Source of the DNA: Acidimicrobiia bacterium
Lineage (GTDB): Bacteria > Actinomycetota > Acidimicrobiia > Spongiisociales > ZC4RG35
Assembly (NCBI GenBank): GCA_965215185.1
Contig: OZ244034.1
Coordinates: 2,176,001 to 2,240,000 of the forward strand
DNA: 64,000 nucleotides
Direction: 5' to 3'
Below are positions 28,981 through 38,353 of the stretch, piece after piece. Numbering within the stretch: position 1 is the first letter of the stretch; each line of letters opens with the position of its first letter. The position numbers and the translations under genes are program-made. The notes beneath the pieces are model-generated. The model did not search any database. It saw only the letters and a program-made list of their open reading frames with translations, and had not been told where the DNA came from.

Positions 28981-31035
28981 TCAGCCGATCGTGACCACTC
29001 CCGTCAACGCACCAAAGTTTTGCAAACCGTCGAGAATTGTGGTGTACGGGAAGGTGAGTTGATTCGAGTATGCCTCGATGAGGGGCGTGGTGAACAGCGT
29101 CACGTAAGGCAGATCCTCAGCGATCAAGGCGTCAGCCTGATGTATCAGATCACGCGCCTCTGCCAGCGTCTTGGCCCTGTCGAACTGATCGGCCAGTTCG
29201 TCGAAGGCGGGATTGGAATACCCGGGGGTATTGAACCCGCCTAACGCCGAGTCGGCGGAGGACCGGAAGAAGTCGAACACGTGGTCCGGGAACGGAGTGA
29301 GTCCCCACCCCAGGATGTACATGTCGAACCCGAGTGGGTCAGCCGGAGGGAACACCTTGTCCACGATCACCGAGAACCCGGTGGGTTCAGCAGAGAGCGG
29401 GATGCCCATATCGGTGGCCCACTCCTCGATGAACAGCGAGTAGGTGGCCCGCATCGGATCGTAACCGGGTCCTGGAGCGAGCAGGGTGAGCGGATCTATG
29501 CTCTCCCCGCCGGGGCCGCGCAAGCCTTCTCCCTTGGGGATCACGTCACGGTTGCCCTCGTCCCAGGCCGGCTCCACATCCCAGGTCCAGCCCGCATCCT
29601 TCAGGATCTGCACCGCTGACGCCACTCTTTCCTGAGTGCTCTGCTCGGCACAGGGGGCCGTCAGGTTGGGGTTGTACCAGTAGGCGTTGCCCGGCGGCAC
29701 CAGCGAGTTGATCGAGATGGCCGTGCCACCCAGCACCGTGTTGGCCATGAAGTCCTTGTCGATCAGGCAGGCCAGCGCTTGCCGGAAGGCGGTCTCGCTC
29801 ATCGGGAACTTACGGGTGTTGTAGGCCAGATAGCGGAAACCATTCTGCTCGTTGACCGCCACTTCGAGATTGGGCGCCGCCAAGATCTCGTTGCGCAGAC
29901 CGGATTGCAAACCGAGCGGGTTCAACAAGAAGTCGACTTCGCCCTCGGTCAGCGCCAGCACCGCGGCGTTCTGGTCCGTGTAGATGGAATAGATAGTCTC
30001 GGAGACGAACGGGCCTTCGGTGTAGTCAGCCACAACATCGCCGCCGGGCTCACCACCCCAGTTCTCGGTGACGCCGTCACTGGTGTACTCCACCGCTCCG
30101 GAACTGTAGACCGTGTACTGGCTGCCAGCGTCCCAGTAATCCCCTAAAGCCACATTGCGCCAAAAAGCACCTGGTTCCCATTCAGTGGAGTTGAAACCGG
30201 ATGCGTTGGGAGCGCCCAGCCCGGAGGCGGCGTAGAGAGTCTCGGGATCGTCGGACGAATCAACGATCGGTCCCCAGAAGGCCTGCTGGAAGATGGAAGC
30301 CAGACCCACTGACAGCGGCCAGATGGCCAGCCCCGGCTCGAAGTTGAAGCTAATCTTGACGGTCTGGTCGTCAAGTGCCTCCACGGAAGAGACACCCTGG
30401 GAGGACTCATCGTCCTCGGTGGCGGGATCGTCGTCACGTGCCAAAGGCCAGATGCTGGGGAAGTTGCCGCCCAGACCGTTGTACTTGGCGATGGTATTGA
30501 ACGTAAACACCGCGTCGTGGGCCGTGATTGGCGAGCCGTCCGACCACGTGACGCCCGAACGCAGGTTCACCGTGACCGAGTAACCGTCTCCGTCAGCTTC
30601 GACCTGAGGGGGACTGGCGTCAGCCGCTAGCGCCGGGACCACTGTGTAGGTCGGGCCCTGATAGGTGTAAAGCGAAATCTGGCCGGGAATCACGTAGGAG
30701 TTCCAGATATCGGCTTCGGTGTCAAGCGCCGCCCAGGGATTGTCGGTAGTGGGAGCGGAAAAGATACCGAGCCGGTAGGTGGCGCCCATCGGCATCTCCT
30801 CGTCCATGGCAGGCTCTTCCTCCTCGTCCATGGCAGGCTCTTCCTCCTCATCCATGGCAGGCTCTTCCTCCTCGTCCATGGCGTCCGGAGCCGCCGTCGT
30901 TTCAGGGGCGCCTGCCGAGGTGGTTTCCGGCGCGGGGGCGGCAGTGGTGGGCTGAGGAGCCTCCTCATCGTCCCCGCACGCCGCCACCACCAAAGCCAAC
31001 ACCGCGAACAAACATAGCAATCGTCGCATTCTCAT
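28981..31035 (-). CDS. oppA: Peptide ABC substrate-binding lipoprotein (family 5, OppA-like)
   Basis: AAAGGAG RBS, lipobox LVVAACG, LR.GV.WSDG.PITA.D..FT, FRQAL..IDK and N..GYSNP.FD. Confidence 0.92.
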   Translation of the reverse strand: MRMRRLLCLFAVLALVVAACGDDEEAPQPTTAAPAPETTSAGAPETTAAPDAMDEEEEPAMDEEEEPAMDEEEEPAMDEEMPMGATYRLGIFSAPTTDNPWAALDTEADIWNSYVIPGQISLYTYQGPTYTVVPALAADASPPQVEADGDGYSVTVNLRSGVTWSDGSPITAHDAVFTFNTIAKYNGLGGNFPSIWPLARDDDPATEDDESSQGVSSVEALDDQTVKISFNFEPGLAIWPLSVGLASIFQQAFWGPIVDSSDDPETLYAASGLGAPNASGFNSTEWEPGAFWRNVALGDYWDAGSQYTVYSSGAVEYTSDGVTENWGGEPGGDVVADYTEGPFVSETIYSIYTDQNAAVLALTEGEVDFLLNPLGLQSGLRNEILAAPNLEVAVNEQNGFRYLAYNTRKFPMSETAFRQALACLIDKDFMANTVLGGTAISINSLVPPGNAYWYNPNLTAPCAEQSTQERVASAVQILKDAGWTWDVEPAWDEGNRDVIPKGEGLRGPGGESIDPLTLLAPGPGYDPMRATYSLFIEEWATDMGIPLSAEPTGFSVIVDKVFPPADPLGFDMYILGWGLTPFPDHVFDFFRSSADSALGGFNTPGYSNPAFDELADQFDRAKTLAEARDLIHQADALIAEDLPYVTLFTTPLIEAYSNQLTFPYTTILDGLQNFGALTGVVTIG
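30797..30882 (-). repeat. 24-bp in-frame tandem repeat, about 3.5 copies, encoding AMDEEEEP
   Basis: AGGCTCTTCCTCCTC(G/A)TCCATGGC at 30811, 30835 and 30859, plus a partial copy. Confidence 0.9.
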
Positions 31036-31788
31036 CGCCGTCTCCTTTCTAGTCTCTGTAAATCTTTTGCCTATGGCAAAGATACCCTGCTGTAGGGACA
31101 AATAGAGTTTGAAACGCCCTTCGTTTGATAGGGAGAATTTCGCAACCGGTAAGGCTGGGTAAGCCGATCCACTCCGGACCGCCAGCCGACCCGTCCCGCA
31201 GTGACACCTGACCTTCCCCCTAAGGTCAATAAGTTCGTCAAAACACCCACTCGAACAGGTTTGACTTCTACCCTCTCCTTCGCTTCATACTGGGATTGCA
31301 GGACAAGAACCTGCGGCCTTGTTCCGAGCTCCCCAGCCCGCAGAATCCTGAAGTCAAACCGGCGAAGCCACATTGAGCCGCAACCGTGTTTCGCGACTCC
31401 ACACCTGGACTGTTGGTGGTGGGGGTGGGTTCCCAAGGGGTGGGTTCCCAAGCGGTGGAGAAACCCGGCACTTCCCGGGAGTTGGTTATGTCTTTTTTTC
31501 TAGCAAAGACACGTGAACTAAGAATTAGTAAACACTGGATGAGAGACTGGATATTTCAACCTGCCTAAGGAGATCCCAGCCCTCAGGGGTACGTTCTACG
31601 CATCAGATGCCTTTACCTTCCCCGTTGTGACACCGCCTCGCCAGTGGTGGCGCATTGGGCTGTTCAGCCATCCCCCCTTTGGGTGCGACCCGGCTGAAGC
31701 GATGGGCATCGCTCTCAACAAAAAAAAGCACATCCGAAGCTGTTAAGGTCATGATCGAGATGGCCGATACCAACAGGAGGAGCATCTG

Positions 31789-32784
31789 ATGGCCCGTATG
31801 TATTTCGAGGAGGATTCCGACCTAACGTATCTGGCTGGTCAGACCATCTGCATCGTAGGGTATGGCAACCAGGGTCGGTCTCAGGCACTCAACATGCGGG
31901 ACAGCGGACTTGGTGTCATTGTGGGGAGCCGTCGGGATGCGTCATACCAGACGGCGCTACAGGATGGCTTAGCGGTGTTTCCGGTTGACGAAGCGGTAGC
32001 GCGTTCCGATGTCATCTTCCTTCTCGTCCCCGACGAGGTGATGCCCCAAGTCTTCGAGCAGGATATCGCCCCGAACCTGGATTCGGGCAACATGTTGGTT
32101 TTCGCCAGCGGCTACAACATCACTTTCGGCCTTATCAAGGCCCCCTCCGACGTAGACGTGGTTTTGATCGCCCCTCGAATGATCGGCGCAGGAGTCAGGG
32201 ACACCTTTTTGAGCGGTGAGGGCTTCCCTAGTCTCATTGCCGTTCACCACTCCGCCACCGAGACGGCATTCGAGCGGATGCTGGCACTTTGCGAAGGGAT
32301 CGGATCCACAAAGATGGGGGTGATCGAATCCAGTTTCCTCGAGGAGACGACAGTAGATCTATTCGCGGAGCAGGTGGGTTTTCTCTACGCGGTGCGCCGT
32401 TACTGCGAAGTGCTGGTGGAGGCCGGGTGCAGTCCCGAGGCGGTCATGCTGGAATTCTATGCCTCGGGGGAGGGCATCGAGACCGCCAAGGCATATCGTG
32501 ACATCGGGCTTTGGGACCAGATTACGCTACATTCCCGTACCAGCCAGTACGGGCAGGAAGTGACCAGCATGCTCTCTCCCGAGGAGGAGGAAACCGAGCG
32601 GGCCAGGCTGAGAGGGATCATCTCCCATATCCAAGACGGTTCTTTCGCCCGGGAGTGGACAGGGGAACAGCAGGCTGGATTCCCGGAGTTCAACCGGGCG
32701 AGGGCACTGAACATGGCCCATGAAATGCGAGCCTCGGAAAGAAAACTTTACAAGGTGCTGGGACGGATACCGGACAACGACTAA
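31789..32784 (+). CDS. ilvC: Ketol-acid reductoisomerase-like protein (divergent IlvC homolog)
   Basis: AGGAGG RBS; motifs GYGNQG.SQALN.RDSG, L.PDE, APRM.G..VR, EET..DLF.EQ, S.T.QYG and IQDGSFAREW. Confidence 0.8.
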   Translation: MARMYFEEDSDLTYLAGQTICIVGYGNQGRSQALNMRDSGLGVIVGSRRDASYQTALQDGLAVFPVDEAVARSDVIFLLVPDEVMPQVFEQDIAPNLDSGNMLVFASGYNITFGLIKAPSDVDVVLIAPRMIGAGVRDTFLSGEGFPSLIAVHHSATETAFERMLALCEGIGSTKMGVIESSFLEETTVDLFAEQVGFLYAVRRYCEVLVEAGCSPEAVMLEFYASGEGIETAKAYRDIGLWDQITLHSRTSQYGQEVTSMLSPEEEETERARLRGIISHIQDGSFAREWTGEQQAGFPEFNRARALNMAHEMRASERKLYKVLGRIPDND

Positions 32785-33662
32785 GACAACCCTGTCCAAC
32801 CTCCGGAGGGGCGGTCGAACCAGACGTGCACCTGCCCGGTGCCTGTCGCGTTCTCGTAGTCGGAGAATTGCCGACCCGGCGCCGAGCACTTCTCTCCACC
32901 GACCGACGCCACCATAGCAAGGTAATGGCCGAACCCGGCCTCCGGCTCATGGGGCAGATAATCGGGCATGGCCCTGATGATCCTGGCATGGTCTCCCGAC
33001 GCCATCCACTCCAGTCGCACCTCGTCGGCGGCTCGGGCCTGCGGAGTAAAAATGTGAATCGGATCGGAAGCCTCGTGCTCGACCAATTGGCGCAACGGCC
33101 AGAAATGATGGGTCATACCCCCCGAAGCCAGCACCACCACCCGGCGGTCCACTGAAGCCACCGCTTCACCAACAGCTTCTCCCAGCTGCAGGAAGTCGTC
33201 GGTTTCTCCGGTTTGGACCATGCTCACCGACATCACCCGTTCACTGCGGCACAGGTAGTGGACCAGGTTGATGGTCCCGTAGTGGACCGGCAGGTACGGA
33301 TCGCAGATGGGAGTTCCCTGCACCCCCCGGCCGGTAATCGCCTGGGCTGCCGCTTCGGCCAATTCCGGGTCCCCGCGGTAGTCGTAGGGAAGCTGGGAGA
33401 TGCCGCGGGGAAGTTCCTCGGAGGTGTATTTGCCGCTGCGACGCTCGTGCGAGGAAAATACGTGTTCCACCGTGGTGTGCCAATGGGTGTCGAAGATCAC
33501 GATCGTGTCCGCAGCAAGGACATCCAGCACCTCGGTGCGCAGCCTTCTCAGCCCGGGCACCAGACTGATTTCCTTGCCCTCATTCAACTGGTAACGCACC
33601 TCGCGGGAAAGCATCACCGTCGGCGAGTGGGATATCAATCCCACTCCAACGATCTCACCCAT
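32781..33662 (-). CDS. LigB-fold extradiol ring-cleavage dioxygenase (HpaD-like)
   Basis: Motifs SH.PT, FDTHW, YTSEELP, HYGT.N, ASGGM.H.FWP, YEN..GTGQ and WFD.P. Confidence 0.85.
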   Translation of the reverse strand: MGEIVGVGLISHSPTVMLSREVRYQLNEGKEISLVPGLRRLRTEVLDVLAADTIVIFDTHWHTTVEHVFSSHERRSGKYTSEELPRGISQLPYDYRGDPELAEAAAQAITGRGVQGTPICDPYLPVHYGTINLVHYLCRSERVMSVSMVQTGETDDFLQLGEAVGEAVASVDRRVVVLASGGMTHHFWPLRQLVEHEASDPIHIFTPQARAADEVRLEWMASGDHARIIRAMPDYLPHEPEAGFGHYLAMVASVGGEKCSAPGRQFSDYENATGTGQVHVWFDRPSGGWTGLS

Positions 33663-35130
33663 GGTCCTTCTCCTCTCTCCAGCCTCGGGGACCGAGAACC
33701 GTGTTATTCAGATCACTGTAGAAGTCAAAACTCCAGGCGCCCCCCTCTCGGCCGATCCCCGAATGGCGGCTTCCGCCGAAGGGGGCTCGAAGGTCTCGCA
33801 CATAGAAGCAATTGATCCAGGTCGTCCCGGAAACGATCTGTGCCGCAAGCCGCTCGGCCCGGCCGGGATCACCGGTGACCACTGCCGCCGCCAAACCGAA
33901 CCGGGTGGAATTGGCCATCTCCACTACCTGCGAATCCGTGCGGAACGCCTGCAGGGTGAGCACCGGACCGAACACCTCCTCGGTGAGGATCTCCGAGCCG
34001 GGGGTGGCGTCCACAAATAGTGTGGGCCGATAGTACAGGCCACCCAGATCCCGGTTCGGGCCTCCTCCCAGCACCGCCCGCGCCCCGTTCCCGGTCGCTC
34101 GACGGACATAGCCATCCACCCGCTCCAGGTGCGGCCGGGAAATGAGCGGACCCAAATCGGTGTCGCCCAAACGGGGATCGCCCTGCACCAAAGCACCCGC
34201 TTTCTCCAAAAACCCTTCCAGGAAATCGTCGAGGATCCGCTCTTGAACGAGAAGCCGAGTGGCCGCCAGGCAGACCTGTCCGGCGTTGTCGTACTGTTCC
34301 ACCGCCATGCAGATCGCCATGTCCAGATCAGCATCTTCCAATATCACCAGTGGGGATTTTCCTCCCAACTCCAAGCTGAACGGCACCAGGTTGGCGCCCG
34401 CCACCCCGCCGATCAGCCGAGCGGTCTCCACCGAACCGGTGAAACTGATCCTGGCCACCTCCGGGTTGGAAACCAATGCCGCGCCGGCTTCCTCCCCATA
34501 CCCTTGCACGACGTTGAACACCCCCGCTGGAAGACCGGCCTCCTCGGTTATCTCGGCCAGAAGCGAGGCGGTGAGCGGTGACCATTCGGCCGGTTTGAGC
34601 ACCACGGTATTACCGGCCGCCAAGGCCGGCGCCGTCTTCCAGGTGGCCAGCATCAGCGGAGCGTTCCAGGGTGTGATCAACACCGTCACTCCCGAAGGTT
34701 GATGGGACACCCGGTTGCGGTGACCGCGGGTGTCGAACTCAGGATGGCCCAATTCCAAGAGGTTATCGGCAAAGAACCGGAAATTGTGCGCCGACCGGGG
34801 CATCAGGCCCGCCAAGTTGGACCGAAGCAACGATCCATTGTCTACCGTCTCCACCGCCGCAAGTTCCTCTGTCCGCCTGTCGATCCCCTCAGCAATCCGA
34901 TACAGAATCTCCGCCCGCTCCCGCCGGGAGGTGCGGCCCCACACAGAGAATGCCTCGGTGGCGGCTGACACCGCGGCCGAGGCTTCGGCTTCTCCACCCC
35001 GGGCGGGGGAAGCCATGTGGGACTCGTCGATGGGGGAAAGGTCGGGAAAGGTGTGGGCGGAGGGAACTCTTCTGCCTCCTATCCAATGGTCGAGGGCCAC
35101 CTCCACCCCCGCCACCATGGCGGTTCTCAT
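33655..35130 (-). CDS. Aldehyde dehydrogenase, hydroxymuconic semialdehyde (HpaE-like) type
   Basis: Motifs ITPWNAP, KPAEWSP, FTGS, ELGGKSP, GQVCLA, EEVFGPV and VRDLRAPFGG...SGIGREG. Confidence 0.9.
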   Translation of the reverse strand: MRTAMVAGVEVALDHWIGGRRVPSAHTFPDLSPIDESHMASPARGGEAEASAAVSAATEAFSVWGRTSRRERAEILYRIAEGIDRRTEELAAVETVDNGSLLRSNLAGLMPRSAHNFRFFADNLLELGHPEFDTRGHRNRVSHQPSGVTVLITPWNAPLMLATWKTAPALAAGNTVVLKPAEWSPLTASLLAEITEEAGLPAGVFNVVQGYGEEAGAALVSNPEVARISFTGSVETARLIGGVAGANLVPFSLELGGKSPLVILEDADLDMAICMAVEQYDNAGQVCLAATRLLVQERILDDFLEGFLEKAGALVQGDPRLGDTDLGPLISRPHLERVDGYVRRATGNGARAVLGGGPNRDLGGLYYRPTLFVDATPGSEILTEEVFGPVLTLQAFRTDSQVVEMANSTRFGLAAAVVTGDPGRAERLAAQIVSGTTWINCFYVRDLRAPFGGSRHSGIGREGGAWSFDFYSDLNNTVLGPRGWREEKDHG

Positions 35131-35146
35131 CTACACCCCGTAGCCC

Positions 35147-36337
35147 TCAAAACGAGATAGCCCTTGCCGCCTCCAGAGAGGAGCGGACTTCCTCTCCCGC
35201 GGTTTCCAAGGCGCGCTGTTCTTCCTCGGAGAGAGTCATCTCCACTACCTCGATCAATCCGCCCTTGCCCAACAAAGCGGGGACGCCCAGCACCATCCCC
35301 TCCATTCCATATTCGCCCTCCAATAACACCGAGACCGGTATCGCCCCGGCTCTTTGGCCTCGCAGACCGTCCAGCACTTCGCAGATCGCATGCCCAGGCG
35401 CGAGATACGCCGATCCAGTCCGGCGGAGCGAAACCACCGCCCCTCCACCGCCCACCGTGCCCTCCACGCACCGTTGGATCTGTTCGGTAGAGAGGACCCT
35501 TTGCACCGGACGTCCTTTGATGGTGGCCCTCGATAGCACCGGCACCATCTGGGGACCGTGGCGTCCCAGACAGAAGGCTTGAACATCTTTGGGGGAAACC
35601 CCCGCTTCGCGAGCCAGCAGATAACGGAATCGACTGGAGTCGAGCGTCCCGGCCATCCCCAGCACCTGCCGGCGTGGGAATCCCGAAGCAGAAAGCGCCT
35701 CATAGGTCATCTCATCCAGCGGATTGGTCACCACCACAATCACTGCGTCGGGAGCATGAGCCGCCACCTCCTCGGCCACCGAGCGAACCACCCTCCCGTT
35801 GATGGATATCAACCCCGCCCGGTCCATCCCCGGGGACCGTGGACGCCCGGCGGTGATCACCACCACCTCGGCGCCGGTAAGCAATCCTGATTCCGAACCG
35901 CCCGTCACCCTCACCGAAGAGCCGGTGATCCCCGAGGTGTGCTCCACATCGAGCGCCACCGAGGCGGCCAGCCCGGCTACCACATCCATCAAAGTGATCT
36001 CGGAGGCCATGTCGGAAGCGGCAGCCAGATGTGCCACCGTGGTGCCCACGTTTCCAGCTCCCACCACCGCCAGGCGGGCCAAACGCCGGGGTCGCCCTAC
36101 CGGGGGATCAGGCGCCATCCAGCGGGGGGAGCTTCTGTAGAGCACGCGCCGGATGGCAGTGGCCGGATCGGCGGCCCGCGGCTCGGGGACTGGTAGAGGG
36201 CCCTCCACCAGTTCTAGGCCGAGCGTCCCGATCGTTTCCCGGGCCTGGGGGGTGATGATGTCCCCGGGGAGAAAAACGATTTGGCGGCGTCCCTTCTTTG
36301 CTTCCTCCCGAACCTGGTACTCGCCGATTACTGTCAT
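35147..36337 (-). CDS. mdh: LDH-like malate dehydrogenase with an N-terminal extension of about 85 aa
   Basis: Motifs VGAGNVG, TAG.PRSPGMDR, VTNPLD, GMAGTLDSSRF and GSAY.AP. Start set at ATG 36337, 8 nt after the BMC-T stop. Confidence 0.88.
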   Translation of the reverse strand: MTVIGEYQVREEAKKGRRQIVFLPGDIITPQARETIGTLGLELVEGPLPVPEPRAADPATAIRRVLYRSSPRWMAPDPPVGRPRRLARLAVVGAGNVGTTVAHLAAASDMASEITLMDVVAGLAASVALDVEHTSGITGSSVRVTGGSESGLLTGAEVVVITAGRPRSPGMDRAGLISINGRVVRSVAEEVAAHAPDAVIVVVTNPLDEMTYEALSASGFPRRQVLGMAGTLDSSRFRYLLAREAGVSPKDVQAFCLGRHGPQMVPVLSRATIKGRPVQRVLSTEQIQRCVEGTVGGGGAVVSLRRTGSAYLAPGHAICEVLDGLRGQRAGAIPVSVLLEGEYGMEGMVLGVPALLGKGGLIEVVEMTLSEEEQRALETAGEEVRSSLEAARAISF

Positions 36338-36345
36338 AATCCCGG

Positions 36346-36969
36346 CTAGCGACCCTCTACCGCCTCCACCGCCTCCACCGCCGCATCCAAGGCGGTGACC
36401 ACGTTCTCTTCGGATCCACTGATGAACAGCCGCCCGTATCGCCCAACAGCTCTTACCTGCACCATGCTGATCAGCGCCGCCTTTTCCGCAGTGTTGGCGC
36501 CGATGGCAATATAGGCCGCCGGAGCGCACTCCAAGATGCCCAACGTCTCCCCTGGCACGACCATGCTGCCCCGCCGCCACTTGTTGAGCAACTGTGCCTG
36601 ATATGGTTCCACCGAGTTAATACGCTGGACGCTCTCGATTTGGGGCTTTATACGGTCATAGAGCGACATCCCCAAGTAACCGAGAATGCTCTCCCGGGCG
36701 ACGGTGATCTCCGACGGAACTCGGGAGCGGAGAATAAAAAACCCGAACTCTCGCTCTACGATCTGGCTGGTGGCTTCCACCGAGGAAGCTTTGAGGGCCA
36801 CGTCCACCAATCGGAACACCTCGTTACCCGGCGCCATTTCCCCCACCAGCACCGAATCGCCAGCCAGAGGAATCGATCCCTGCACGGTGGCCCCGTTGTA
36901 GGCCGCGAATTTGGGCTGTAGCCCGTCCAACTGGAAAAATGCCCGGATGGTCAGGGAGTTGTTGTTCAT
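36346..36969 (-). CDS. BMC shell tandem-domain protein (BMC-T, CsoS1D/CcmP-like double-stacking type)
   Basis: Motifs LD.LQP.FAAY, E.APG, D.ALKA, VEREFG, YQAQL.N..RRGSM..PG, LE..PAAY, AN.AEKAA and G..GRLF.SG. ATGA overlap with the upstream gene. Confidence 0.9.
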   Translation of the reverse strand: MNNNSLTIRAFFQLDGLQPKFAAYNGATVQGSIPLAGDSVLVGEMAPGNEVFRLVDVALKASSVEATSQIVEREFGFFILRSRVPSEITVARESILGYLGMSLYDRIKPQIESVQRINSVEPYQAQLLNKWRRGSMVVPGETLGILECAPAAYIAIGANTAEKAALISMVQVRAVGRYGRLFISGSEENVVTALDAAVEAVEAVEGR

Positions 36970-38351
36970 CCGGACCTGCCGAACTCGTCCCACAGGCCTC
37001 GCCAGGGACGGTTCTGATAGGCAATCCGCTTTATGTTGATCAGGTGCAGGGCAGTTATGTTGTCCGAGGATATCGAACCCGACCAGGTGCCGGTGCCCAG
37101 CATGAAACTCGGCTCCAGATCCACCGAGTACCCCATACCTCCGTACAGACAAGGGGTGTTGACCAGGATGCGACCGGCGGGCAGCCTCCCGAATTCCGCC
37201 ACATCATCGGCATCATGGGAGTGAATCGCCAGCGTGTGCCCTATCCCCCCGAAGTTGAGGACCTCTTCGCACCTGCGGTAGCCGGCCGCCCGATCGGCCA
37301 CCACATAGAAGGCCAGCACCGGATTCAGTTTCTCGTGGGAGAGCGGATGTTCGCGACCCACCGCATCCAGTTCCGCCAGCAAGACTCGGGTGCGGGGCGG
37401 TGTGTCGAACCCGGCCAGTTGAGCCAGGCGAGCCGCCGACTGTCCCACCGTGGAAGGGATGATGCTCCCCCGCTGCCCAAAGATCACCCGTCCCAAACGG
37501 GCTGTCTCTTGGGGGGTGCAGAAATATCCGCCCGCCAGCCGCATTTCGTTGCGCAGGGCGGGCGCTATTTGCCGATGGGCGACTATGGCCTGCTCGGCGA
37601 CACAGGCGGTGCCATAGTCGAAGGACTTGGAGTTGATAATCTGCTCGGCCACTTCGTCCAATTCGTTGACCATAGAGGGACCCACGTACACGGGCACATT
37701 ACCAGGCCCCACCGCCAGAGTGGGCTTTCCTGATGAGTAGGCGGCTCTCACCATGGCGGTCCCACCCGTTGCCATCACCACCGATGTCCGCCGGTGACGC
37801 ATCAACTCTCCGCTCCCCTCCAAAGTCACCTCGGTGAGACAACTGATCAAACCCTTGGGCGCCCCGGCCGCCTCGGCCGCCTCGGCCATGATGCGGGCCG
37901 TCTCCGCACAACACCGCACCGCGCGGGGATGGGGGGCGCACACGATGGCGTTCCCGGCTTTGACCGCCGACAGCACTTTGAAGATCACAGTGGAAGTGGG
38001 GTTGGTGACCGGAATCAGGGCGGCCACCACCCCCATCGGTTCGCCCACTGCCATCACCTTGGTGGCCTGGTCATGCCACAGCACCCCCACACAGCGGACA
38101 TTGCGCAGCCATTCCCACACCCCAAGGGCGTTGAAGAGATTCTTGTACAGTTTGTCCTCGGCGTTGCCGTACTCGGTCTCGACGGCGGCCATCTCTCCCA
38201 ATCGGCCGCATTCGGGCTCGATGGCCACCACCATCGCCTCCACGATCCGGTCGATGGTCTCCTGTGATGTGCCCCGGAATTTGTCAAAGGCCGCCCGGGC
38301 GGCGGTCACCGTCTGGCGAGCCTGGGCGATGCTGCGAAGATCTGCATCCAT
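36966..38351 (-). CDS. CoA-acylating aldehyde dehydrogenase (EutE/PduP/AdhE-N class)
   Basis: Motifs D.DL.SI..AR, P.GVVA.LIP.TNPTST, PHPRA, ATGG..MV.AAYSSGKP...VGPGN, SK.FD.GT.C..EQ, EKL.P, GHT..IH and G.GTW.G. Confidence 0.92.
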   Translation of the reverse strand: MDADLRSIAQARQTVTAARAAFDKFRGTSQETIDRIVEAMVVAIEPECGRLGEMAAVETEYGNAEDKLYKNLFNALGVWEWLRNVRCVGVLWHDQATKVMAVGEPMGVVAALIPVTNPTSTVIFKVLSAVKAGNAIVCAPHPRAVRCCAETARIMAEAAEAAGAPKGLISCLTEVTLEGSGELMRHRRTSVVMATGGTAMVRAAYSSGKPTLAVGPGNVPVYVGPSMVNELDEVAEQIINSKSFDYGTACVAEQAIVAHRQIAPALRNEMRLAGGYFCTPQETARLGRVIFGQRGSIIPSTVGQSAARLAQLAGFDTPPRTRVLLAELDAVGREHPLSHEKLNPVLAFYVVADRAAGYRRCEEVLNFGGIGHTLAIHSHDADDVAEFGRLPAGRILVNTPCLYGGMGYSVDLEPSFMLGTGTWSGSISSDNITALHLINIKRIAYQNRPWRGLWDEFGRSG

Positions 38352-38353
38352 GT

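Noticed and set aside
31100-31780. Riboswitch or attenuator upstream of the ilvC homolog (hairpins near 31660-31712; short GGGGTGGGTTCCCAAG repeat near 31422-31451)
   Set aside because: No T-box, leader peptide or known aptamer is recognisable, and the hairpin is followed by an A tract rather than a U tract.
36338-36580. Longer MDH start with a poly-Gly stretch
   Set aside because: It is an alternative-frame overlap with the BMC-T gene; ATG 36337 fits the operon spacing.
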